64,000 nucleotides of DNA from Vicinamibacterales bacterium. GTDB lineage: Bacteria; Acidobacteriota; Vicinamibacteria; Vicinamibacterales; UBA8438. The DNA lies in the NCBI GenBank assembly GCA_965221305.1, contig OZ244881.1, forward strand, positions 749,159 through 813,158, read 5' to 3'. The first letter of the stretch is position 1. Each line of letters opens with the position of its first letter. Position numbers and translations under genes: made by a program. The notes under the pieces are model-generated. The model was not told where the DNA came from, searched no databases, and saw only the letters and a program-made list of their open reading frames with translations. Positions 20,284-28,125 of this stretch are shown here, in pieces.

Positions 20284-21537
20284 CTATCGAAGCTGCAGAT
20301 AGCGCGGCGGCAGGTCGAGGATCACCCGTCGTCGCCTCAATTCCTCGCAGCGCGGCCCGAGCTGCCGCGGATCGATTCGGCCGCGAACGTCCCCGTCCAC
20401 CGTTAACCGTTCGGGTAGATAGCGCCGGCAGTGGCCGAATTCCTGCTCGTACTCGGGGGTGGGGAATCGGAGGGTCAGGACGGACCGTCCGTCGCGGGCC
20501 TCGACCTGGTAGAGGGGGTTCACGGCGAGGACCCCGGCGACGCCGGCGGGCGTCGGCGCCGGCGCCCGCCGGCGGATGCCGGGCTGGCGGCCCGCGACCA
20601 GGGTCAGGGTCGGCTCGCGTCGGAGCTGAGCCGGCGACCGTTCGTCGGCGAGATCGACGCACGCGTCGTCGAGGAGTCCGTCGAGCAGCCGGGCGTCGCT
20701 GAACAGGGCGGGATCGAACGGCGCGAAGAGACCGCGGTAGGCGGATGGGCTGAGCGGGTCGCCGGCCGCGTAGTTCTCGCCCTCCGAGCTGTGGAGGTGC
20801 GGCAGGGCGATGACGCCGTCGGGATGCGCCACCCGCATCATCTCGTCCGCGCACAGCCGCTTGTGCCAGATATAGGGGAAGGCGTCCATGAGGACGACCA
20901 TCGAGAAGCGGTCGTTCGCGAACGGCAGGGGCGCGTCGGCGCTGCAGCACACCGCGTCGGCCGCGGGCGCGGTGACGCGGGTCGCGAGCCACAGCTTCCA
21001 GAAGTACAGATCGGCGATGACGGTCTCCGCGCGCCCCGGTCCCTCGCCGGCCCCGGCGAGGCCGTGCGCCAAGTGCCCCGTGCCTCCGCAGAGGTCGAGC
21101 CAGGGGCCGCGGGCCGGCGATCCCGCGCTGAGCACCCTCACGAGCGCTTCGGCCGCGACGAACGTCGGGTCCGAGAAACGATGCAGGAAATAGGTGCCCT
21201 CGGCGTCGGGGGCGAGCGTCGCGATCGCGTCGCGATAGGTCAGCGCCGCCGCCTCGGCCGCACGGGCCAGCGCTGCCGCGTCCGCCCGCGGGACGTCGAG
21301 GACGGTCGCCAGCGCTTCGTCCCGCGCCCCGCGCTCCAGAGCGTGCATCGCGGCGCGGGTCGCCTCGTCGGCGAGCAGGACGGGGATGCCGGCGATGACC
21401 GGGAAGGCGCAGCACTCGCAGCCGAGCACCCCGGCCTCGATCCGGGTCTCGTCGCGCGCGAGGGCCGGGTTGTCGACCAACTGCAGCCGGGTGCCGCAGA
21501 AGGGACATCGAATCCAGTCGAGGAGCGTGGCTTGCAT
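20284..21537 (-). CDS. Trm112-like Zn-ribbon + methyltransferase domain protein
   Basis: N-terminal CPFCG...CECC..FPVIAGIP; LDLCGGTGH; PLPF. Confidence 0.8.
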   Translation of the reverse strand: MQATLLDWIRCPFCGTRLQLVDNPALARDETRIEAGVLGCECCAFPVIAGIPVLLADEATRAAMHALERGARDEALATVLDVPRADAAALARAAEAAALTYRDAIATLAPDAEGTYFLHRFSDPTFVAAEALVRVLSAGSPARGPWLDLCGGTGHLAHGLAGAGEGPGRAETVIADLYFWKLWLATRVTAPAADAVCCSADAPLPFANDRFSMVVLMDAFPYIWHKRLCADEMMRVAHPDGVIALPHLHSSEGENYAAGDPLSPSAYRGLFAPFDPALFSDARLLDGLLDDACVDLADERSPAQLRREPTLTLVAGRQPGIRRRAPAPTPAGVAGVLAVNPLYQVEARDGRSVLTLRFPTPEYEQEFGHCRRYLPERLTVDGDVRGRIDPRQLGPRCEELRRRRVILDLPPRYLQLR

Positions 21538-21644
21538 GGTTCCCTCGGGCCGACCCGTCAGCCGGCTCGCCCCGGACGTTCGATTGGGGAGCTCGCGGGT
21601 CGCGCCGTGGCTGCAGTCGGCCGGTTCGTCATCGTTCTCCGCCC

Positions 21645-22598
21645 TCACCGGCGACCAAGAGTCGGGGCCCCAGAGCGGCGCGGACTGCTGGCGGGGTCGG
21701 TTGGCCGCCCGGCGGAGCCGAAGGTGACGATGGGCGGGCCAGGGCCGGCCGCGGTCGCCGCGGCCAGCCGATCGACAATCGTGTCGCCCCGGGCCCCGAC
21801 CTCGGATCGCCGGTAGTGCTCCGTCCCGAGCAGGCGCGGCGCGTCGCCCTCGTCGACGAGCCGCAGGGCGCAGTCGTCGAACTGGGTGCGGTGTCGGCGC
21901 AGCGCCCTCAGCTTCTGCACGGCGTGGTCTCGCGCGTGCAGGACCAGGGTCGGCGGCGGCGCCCCGGCGCCGAACGCGTCTGCGTCGGCCACGCCGAGGA
22001 TGGACCGCACGAACGGGCGCGCCAGCCCACGCGCCTCGCTCACGCGGGCGGCGTGGTCGACGACCGCACGCATCGCGCCGGGGGGGAGACTGACGTGGAA
22101 CAGCGCCGGCGCATCGCGGCCGAGGGCCCCCACCATCGCGGTGGTCCGTTCATGCACGGCCACGTGGTCCGGATGCCAGTACAGCCCGTCCGCGTCGAAC
22201 GTGACCACGACGTCCGGGGCGGTGAGCCGAATCTCGTTCAGGATGTCCGCATGGAGCCGGTCCGGGAGTATCCACGGCAGCATCCCGTCCTCATGGTCGA
22301 GCAGTCGCACGCGGCCGATGCCGAGCTCTCTCGCCGCGGCCCGCAGCTCGGCCGCGCGCACCTGCCGGAGCGCTCGTGTCCCCGGCGCGGGCCCGTCGCG
22401 GCCCGCGCGTCCATGCTCGCCGTGGGTCAGGCAGAGGAGCGAGACCCGCACCCCGATGGCCGCGCACCACGCCAGCAGCCCGCCGCAGGCGAGCGACTCG
22501 TCGTCCGGGTGGGCGAAGACCGCGAGCATCGACGGGCGGCCGTCGTCCGGCGCGGCGGTCGGAGCGACGTCGTCAGGCGGGCGTCGCGATCGTGTCAC
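21645..22598 (-). CDS. PIG-L/LmbE family N-acetyl-sugar deacetylase
   Basis: VFAHPDDE, LTHGEHG, YWHPDH and HRTQF; GTG at 22598 with a GGAGAAAGAGG RBS. Confidence 0.92.
   Translation of the reverse strand: MTRSRRPPDDVAPTAAPDDGRPSMLAVFAHPDDESLACGGLLAWCAAIGVRVSLLCLTHGEHGRAGRDGPAPGTRALRQVRAAELRAAARELGIGRVRLLDHEDGMLPWILPDRLHADILNEIRLTAPDVVVTFDADGLYWHPDHVAVHERTTAMVGALGRDAPALFHVSLPPGAMRAVVDHAARVSEARGLARPFVRSILGVADADAFGAGAPPPTLVLHARDHAVQKLRALRRHRTQFDDCALRLVDEGDAPRLLGTEHYRRSEVGARGDTIVDRLAAATAAGPGPPIVTFGSAGRPTDPASSPRRSGAPTLGRR
21667..21740 (+). repeat. Dispersed ~80-bp element copy inside the PIG-L 3' end
   Basis: GAGCGGCGCGGACT...GGAGCCGAAGGTGACGATGGGCGGGCC. Confidence 0.7.
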
Positions 22599-22614
22599 TG
22601 CCCTCTTTCTCCAT

Positions 22615-22825
22615 GCCTGGTCCTCCCGCGCGTGGGAGCGGGCTCCTCTAGGGGGGCGTCCTGTGGGTCGACGACGCCCGGTCCTCCCGCGCGTGGGAGC
22701 GGGGGTTCGGCTGCGTGTCCCAATCGAACGCTGACGGCCCGGTCCTCCCGCGCGTGGGAGCGGGTGCCAGCACCGAAGATACTGGCCCTGGGTCCGGGCC
22801 CGGTCCTCCCGCGCGTGGGAGCGGG
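22615..22825. CRISPR. Orphan CRISPR-like mini-array: 4 x 28-bp repeat GCCCGGTCCTCCCGCGCGTGGGAGCGGG with 3 unique 33-bp spacers
   Basis: Repeats at 22615, 22676, 22737 and 22798 (exact 61-bp period); one mismatch in the first copy; internal palindrome CTCCC..GGGAG; no cas genes in the window. Confidence 0.7.
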
Positions 22826-22884
22826 ACGGTGGGCGGAGGCCCAACGAGGGATTGTCGACCCCGTTCGCGCGACGAAGGCGGTCC

Positions 22885-24036
22885 TCAAGGCTGCTGCTTC
22901 CTGGCCAGCGGCCCCTCGCCCGCGAGACGGCGGTCCGCCGGTCGCGGGGGCCGGGGCGTGCGGGCGGCGGTCGTTCCCGGTTGCGGCCGATGCGCCGCCA
23001 TGATCCGCCGGTACGCGTCGATATGCGCGTCCACCATCCGCTCCGGTCGGAACCGATCGAGGGCGCGCGCCCGCACCTGCCGCCGGTCGAGGGCCAGCAC
23101 GTCGCCGAGACCGCGGGCCAGGGCGTCGAGCGAAGCATGGACGTGTCCGGTGCGACCCTCGTCGACGAGCTCCCGGACCGCGCCGCGGTCGAGGGCGGCC
23201 ACGGGGGTGCCGCACGTCATCGCCTCGATGAGCACGAGGCCGAACGACTCGGCCGCTTGCAGCGGGTAGAGCAGGGCCCGCGCTCTCTGCAGCAGCGCGA
23301 CCTTGGCCTCGAGGTCCGCTTCGCCGGCGTAGACCACGCGGTCACCGTCCACCAGTGGCGCCACCGCCGCCCGATAGTACTCGTTGTCGGCGGCGGCGAG
23401 GACCAGGCGGTGACCGGTGCGCCGAGCGACCTCGATGGCTTCGATCACGCCCTTCTCCGCGGTGAACCGCCCCAGAAAGAGCAGGTAGTCGTCGGGGTGC
23501 GCGCCGTAGTCGAACAGAGTCGGATCGACGGCGTGATGGATGGCGGCGGCGACGTCGAGGCCGGCCAGCGACCGCGCCTGGGCCTGGGACACGGCCACGA
23601 AGGGCGCCTCCGGATAGCGCGACCAGAGGGCGACCTCGGCCGCGGACGGCGCGTGGTGCACCGTCTGCACGACCGGCACGGGCGCGGTGCGGGTCCACGC
23701 GAGAGAGAGCGGGGCGTACTCGGCTTGGTAGTGGATCAGGTCGAACGCATCGGCGCGCTCGACCGCGGCGGCCAGGTTGAAGAGCTCGCACAGCTCCCAC
23801 GGCCACAGCTCGGTGTCGCGGTGGTAGCCGTCCTCGAACACCGCGTGCAGCCGGGCGGCGGTGGCCGACGAGGCGGTGGCGAACAGGGTGACGTCGTGGC
23901 CGCGGGCCGCAAGCCCGTCGGCGAGCATCGCGGTCACCGTCTCGACCGACCCGGACCGGGCCGGGGGAATGGACTGCGCCACCGGTCCGACGAGGGCGAT
24001 GCGCAAGGGGGGCGGCGTGACGGCGGCGGGGTTCAC
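22885..24036 (-). CDS. Glycosyltransferase family 4
   Basis: RIALVGP, LFLGRFTAEKG and ESFGLVLIEAMTCGTPV; GTGA overlap at 24033-24036. Confidence 0.92.
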   Translation of the reverse strand: MNPAAVTPPPLRIALVGPVAQSIPPARSGSVETVTAMLADGLAARGHDVTLFATASSATAARLHAVFEDGYHRDTELWPWELCELFNLAAAVERADAFDLIHYQAEYAPLSLAWTRTAPVPVVQTVHHAPSAAEVALWSRYPEAPFVAVSQAQARSLAGLDVAAAIHHAVDPTLFDYGAHPDDYLLFLGRFTAEKGVIEAIEVARRTGHRLVLAAADNEYYRAAVAPLVDGDRVVYAGEADLEAKVALLQRARALLYPLQAAESFGLVLIEAMTCGTPVAALDRGAVRELVDEGRTGHVHASLDALARGLGDVLALDRRQVRARALDRFRPERMVDAHIDAYRRIMAAHRPQPGTTAARTPRPPRPADRRLAGEGPLARKQQP

Positions 24037-25154
24037 GAGCCGGCCCTCTCGAGTAGCGGCGGCAGCACGCGCGATGCCTCGAAGTGCTCCCGGGCGACGC
24101 CCGCCGCGCCCCGGGCGTGCGCCGCGTAGTCGGCCTCGATCCGCGCGAGCCCGTCGACGGCCTCCTCCACCGTCGAAAACGCCAGCAGTCCGGACCCCGC
24201 GGGCACGTGGGCGCTCCAGCCGGTGTCCTGCACCAAGGCGGGCCGCCCCGCCGCGAGATAGCACTCGGTGCGGTCGCTGAACCAGCCCGAGCGGTGCGCC
24301 ACGTAGGCGTGCTTGGCCACCCCGAACTCCGCCTTGGAGCCCTGGATGAACGAGCGGTAGGCGTCCGCGGTGCGCGACACCGCCATCGCCGGCACCGGCC
24401 CCCAGCCGTGCTCGGCGAGCAGCCGGTCGGGTCCGTTCACCGCGAGGCCGAAGCGGCTCGGGGTGCGCCGCGGGAGATCGAGGAACCGCAGGAACTCGCG
24501 GTCCTTGTTGCCGTCGACATCCTCGAAGCTCTCGGTGCGCCACGTCATCACCGTCGTGAACCGGTTTCGCGCGGCCGGCGCCTCGGTGCGCCACAGCTCG
24601 GTGACCACCGGCTGCCAGGTCTTCTCCCAGTGGAACTCGCCGGTAGGAACATCGCAGTCGGGCGTTCCGATATTGGCCCCGAAGGTGAAGAGGTGGTCGA
24701 ACTCTCGGAAGAAGTCGACGTACCAGGGCACGCCCTTGGCGATCGCGAGCTGCGTGAAGACGGGGTCGGAGTCGATGAACACCCGCCGGGGGATGCGCGC
24801 GTACTCGTCGCGCCAGAACCACGTGCCGCCGGACAGGTTGATCATCAGATCCGCGCCGGCGCAGTACTCGCGCACCGCCTCCTTCGACAGGCCGTGGTAG
24901 GCGCCGTCGTAGTTGACGAAGCTCCAGTGGTCGCCGAGCCCGTGCGGCGCGAGCGTCTCGTGGATGTGTCGGGTGCCGTAGGCCGGGTCCAGCGAGACCG
25001 CGTCCTGGACCGGGTCGTAGACGCACTCGCCGGTGTCCTCGACGTAGCGGACGTCGTGGCCCAGCGCTCGCAGCCCGACCAGGTACATCAGCGAACACCA
25101 CGCCACGCCCCCGAACGGGTAGCGCCCGATGATGCCCGCGAACAGGATCCGCAT
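24033..25154 (-). CDS. Putative GT-B glycosyltransferase (uncharacterised family)
   Basis: GGVAW..YLVGLRALGHDV, FIDSDPVFTQ and SGWFSDRTECYLAAGRP. Confidence 0.8.
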   Translation of the reverse strand: MRILFAGIIGRYPFGGVAWCSLMYLVGLRALGHDVRYVEDTGECVYDPVQDAVSLDPAYGTRHIHETLAPHGLGDHWSFVNYDGAYHGLSKEAVREYCAGADLMINLSGGTWFWRDEYARIPRRVFIDSDPVFTQLAIAKGVPWYVDFFREFDHLFTFGANIGTPDCDVPTGEFHWEKTWQPVVTELWRTEAPAARNRFTTVMTWRTESFEDVDGNKDREFLRFLDLPRRTPSRFGLAVNGPDRLLAEHGWGPVPAMAVSRTADAYRSFIQGSKAEFGVAKHAYVAHRSGWFSDRTECYLAAGRPALVQDTGWSAHVPAGSGLLAFSTVEEAVDGLARIEADYAAHARGAAGVAREHFEASRVLPPLLERAGS

Positions 25155-25161
25155 GGGGCGA

Positions 25162-27063
25162 CTACGAGTCTGCGCCGTGGAACGGCGCCGACTCCGGGAG
25201 AGGCGGTCGGGCCCCGGGCGGAGCCGAAGGCGACGACCGGTGGGCCAGGCCCTCGATGAGCTCGTCTACCGTCGCCGGCTCGCGCCCCGACCAGCCGAGG
25301 CTGAGGCGGTTGCACATGGTGCGGTACAGCGGGTTCGTCCGCATCAGCTCGTGGTGCGATCCGCTCGCCGCGACCCGCCCCCGCTCCATCACCACGATGC
25401 GCGTGGCGTCGCGGACCGTCGACAGCCGATGGGCGATGACGAGGGTCGTGCGGCCGGCGCGGAGCTGCCGCAGCGCGTCGACTACCGCCGCTTCGGACAT
25501 CGCGTCGAGGGCGGAGGTCGGCTCGTCGAGGAGGAGGATGGGGGCGTCCTTGAGCAGCGCCCGGGCGATGCCGATGCGCTGCCGCTCGCCCCCCGACAGC
25601 GAGGCGCCGTCCTCGGCGACGTCCGTCCGATACCCGCGCGGCAGGCGGACGACGAAATCGTGGACGCGGGCGGCGCGCGCCGCCGCCTCGACGTCGGCGT
25701 CCGAGGCGTCCAGCCGGCCGTAGCGGATGTTGTCGGCGATGGTCCCGGAGAACAGGATGGGCTGCTGCGGGACCAGCGCGACCTGTCGGCGAAGCGACCG
25801 CAGCCCGTAGCGCGCGGCGTCGATTCCGTCGATGAGAATCGCCCCGCCCTGCCTCTCGTACAGGCGCGGGATGAGGTTCGCGACGGTGGTCTTGCCGGCG
25901 CCGGTGGGGCCGACGAGGGCGACAAGCTCGCCGGGGCGGGCCTCGAAACTCACGCCGTCGAGGACGGGCCGGCCCGGCTCGTAGGCGAACTCGACGGCCT
26001 CGAAGCGGATGTGGCCGCGGAGCCCGTCGGCGGCGACGCTGCCGGGCGCATCCGCGGCCTCCGGGGTCAGCGATAGCAGTTCGCGGACGCGGCGCGCGCT
26101 CACCACCGCTTGCTGCAACGTCCCGGCCGTCCGCGCGATCTCCGAGATCGGCGTGTACACCGCGGCGAGATAGGCGACGACGACGAGCAGACTGCCGACC
26201 GTGAGCCGGCCCTCCAGGACGCGCAGGCCGCCGACGCCGAGGACGAGGGCGGTGCCCACGAGGGTCACGCCGGTGACCGTGACCGAAAAGATCGACTCCT
26301 GCCACGTCAGATCGAGGCGGGCGCGCCGGGTCCGGTCGCCGGCGTCGGCGAAGCGATCGAGCTCGTACCGCTCGCGCGTGAAGCTCTTGACGGCGGCGAT
26401 GGACCGCAGCACGTCGAGTATCCGCTCGATGAGCCCCGATTCCAGGTTCTTCACCCGTTCGGCCCGGTCGCTCATCGTCCGTGCGTGGTGCCGCAGGCAC
26501 AGGTACAGGAACGGCGCCACGCTCAGCGACAGGAGGGCCAGGGTGGCGTCCAGGTAGAGGAGCACCCCGAACATCAGGCCCAGGTTCAGCGCCGCGACCG
26601 TCAGCGGGAAGACCCCGCCGATGACGAGGTCGTCCACGCAGTAGGCGTCCGCGTCGAGGCGGTAGACGGCGTCCGCGGTCCGCGACGCGATGTGGTGGCG
26701 GAGGGGCAGCGCCTGCAAGTGATGCAGAAGCTGCTCGCGGAGCCGATAGACGACGCGCTGCGCCATGTCGACCTGCATCTGCGTATGCGTCATGCGCGCT
26801 ACCTCGGCCCCGAGCTGAACGACGACGCCGGCCACGACGACGGTCAGGAGGAGGAGTACCGTGTCTTCGAGGGCGGCCGGCAGCCGGGCCGCCACCGCGG
26901 GGGGGAACGGGGCGCCGCCTAGCACGTTGTCGACCAGGACCTTGAGCGGCCACGGCGCGAGGGCGGTCAGACCGGTCTCGGCGAGGACGAGGAGGAGCAC
27001 CGCGAGCGCGCGTCCGCGATAGGGCCTCAGGTAGCCGAGAATCCAGGCCGCGAGGTTCACCAC
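25162..27063 (-). CDS. ABC exporter, fused permease + ATPase (MsbA-like)
   Basis: TM domain; GPTGAGKT, LSGGERQRI, LLLDEPTS and IAHRLST. Confidence 0.95.
   Translation of the reverse strand: MVNLAAWILGYLRPYRGRALAVLLLVLAETGLTALAPWPLKVLVDNVLGGAPFPPAVAARLPAALEDTVLLLLTVVVAGVVVQLGAEVARMTHTQMQVDMAQRVVYRLREQLLHHLQALPLRHHIASRTADAVYRLDADAYCVDDLVIGGVFPLTVAALNLGLMFGVLLYLDATLALLSLSVAPFLYLCLRHHARTMSDRAERVKNLESGLIERILDVLRSIAAVKSFTRERYELDRFADAGDRTRRARLDLTWQESIFSVTVTGVTLVGTALVLGVGGLRVLEGRLTVGSLLVVVAYLAAVYTPISEIARTAGTLQQAVVSARRVRELLSLTPEAADAPGSVAADGLRGHIRFEAVEFAYEPGRPVLDGVSFEARPGELVALVGPTGAGKTTVANLIPRLYERQGGAILIDGIDAARYGLRSLRRQVALVPQQPILFSGTIADNIRYGRLDASDADVEAAARAARVHDFVVRLPRGYRTDVAEDGASLSGGERQRIGIARALLKDAPILLLDEPTSALDAMSEAAVVDALRQLRAGRTTLVIAHRLSTVRDATRIVVMERGRVAASGSHHELMRTNPLYRTMCNRLSLGWSGREPATVDELIEGLAHRSSPSAPPGARPPLPESAPFHGADS
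25166..25246 (+). repeat. Dispersed ~80-bp element copy inside the ABC exporter 3' end
   Basis: 23-bp identity with 1493-1515, plus GGAGCCGAAGGCGACG. Confidence 0.75.
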
Positions 27064-27066
27064 GGG

Positions 27067-27109
27067 ATTCTACCAGTCTCGTCGCGGGGGGGGGCGGCTC
27101 GGGGGGGGG
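27067..27109 (-). promoter_or_regulatory. Putative extended -10 (TGGTAGAAT) with two 9-nt G/C homopolymer tracts upstream
   Basis: ATTCTA at 27067-27072 lies next to the GTG starts (27063/27060); G9 runs at 27086-27094 and 27101-27109. Confidence 0.45.
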
Positions 27110-27304
27110 CGGCGCCGCGTGCGCGACCGGCGCCGTCCGCGCACGCCTCGACAAGGGCGGACAGCGTCGAGTCGGTGTCCGGACCGCTCGGAATCGGGCC
27201 TTCGGCGTCCCGCGCTCTTCCGGCGGCGCCGGCTCCTGCGTCGTCGCCGGCCCGGGGGTCGAGTGGCCTCGACCCGGCCGAACCGTCAAAGTTGCGTAAA
27301 ACAA

Positions 27305-27356
27305 GTGTCTTTTTTGGTGAAACGGCGTCAAAAAGACGACACCGACAGCGTATAAT
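27305..27356 (+). promoter_or_regulatory. Putative promoter (TATAAT) with an imperfect AT-rich inverted repeat
   Basis: GTCTTTTTTG...CAAAAAGAC at ~27307-27337; TATAAT at 27351-27356, upstream of CBS-korAB. Confidence 0.5.
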
Positions 27357-27628
27357 GAGCGTTGAGAGCGGTTGACGGGCGCCGGTCGGCCCGTGGGCGT
27401 CGATTCCCGATTCAGGTGGAAGCCCCGCCATTACAGGATCACGACGGACGGTCCGACAATCTTCGGCTGGAGAGGATTCGCGCCCGCGGGGAGCTTTCGG
27501 CGCCCCGCGGGCACGCCGATCACGAGGAGCGGCTTACGCAGGTGGGGCGATGCGGAGGCGCGGTGGCGCGGGCACCGCTCGTCGTCTCGACGCGGGCGTC
27601 GGGCGGCCGGACGACCCGAACCGGATCC

Positions 27629-28093
27629 ATGGGTTCCCAGTTGAGTCTGCATTCCGAGACCCTTCGACAGGTCGTGTCGTCGGATCCCATCTGTGTCGAT
27701 CCGCTCACCCCGGTGCGCGAGGCGTTCGCACGGATGAAGGAACAGCAGCGCGGCGCGGTGCTGATCTGGCGCGAGAAAAAGCTGGTCGGCATCTTCACCG
27801 AACGCGACGCATTGGCGTTGATGGCCGATGCCGTCGACCTGAGTCTGCCGATCGAGCGGGTGATGACTCCCGATCCGGTCGCGCTGTCCGAGCACGACAG
27901 CGTCGGCGCCGCCATCACCAGGATGGCGAAAGGGGGGTACCGGCGCCTGCCGATCGTCGACGCCGAGGGCCGGCCCGTCGGCTTCGTCAAGGTCGGCAGC
28001 ATCCTGCACTTCCTGGTCGATCACTTTCCGGCGACGGTGTACAACCTGCCGCCGGCGCCCCACCACGCGACCGAGGCGCGCGAGGGGGCCTAG
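27629..28093 (+). CDS. CBS domain-containing protein
   Basis: LVGIFTERD, VMTPDP and YRRLPIVD. Confidence 0.92.
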   Translation: MGSQLSLHSETLRQVVSSDPICVDPLTPVREAFARMKEQQRGAVLIWREKKLVGIFTERDALALMADAVDLSLPIERVMTPDPVALSEHDSVGAAITRMAKGGYRRLPIVDAEGRPVGFVKVGSILHFLVDHFPATVYNLPPAPHHATEAREGA

Positions 28094-28125
28094 CCCCGGC
28101 CGGGCGCAACTGCGAGTAGCGAGCA

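Noticed and set aside
22599-23138. N-terminal extension of the PIG-L ORF through the repeat array
   Set aside because: The 61-bp period is not a multiple of 3, the extension overlaps GT4, and a good RBS+GTG exists at 22598
24037-25101. Apparent 738-aa fused glycosyltransferase
   Set aside because: The upstream part is an off-frame overlap of the 24033-25154 gene; a GTGA coupling marks the start at 24036
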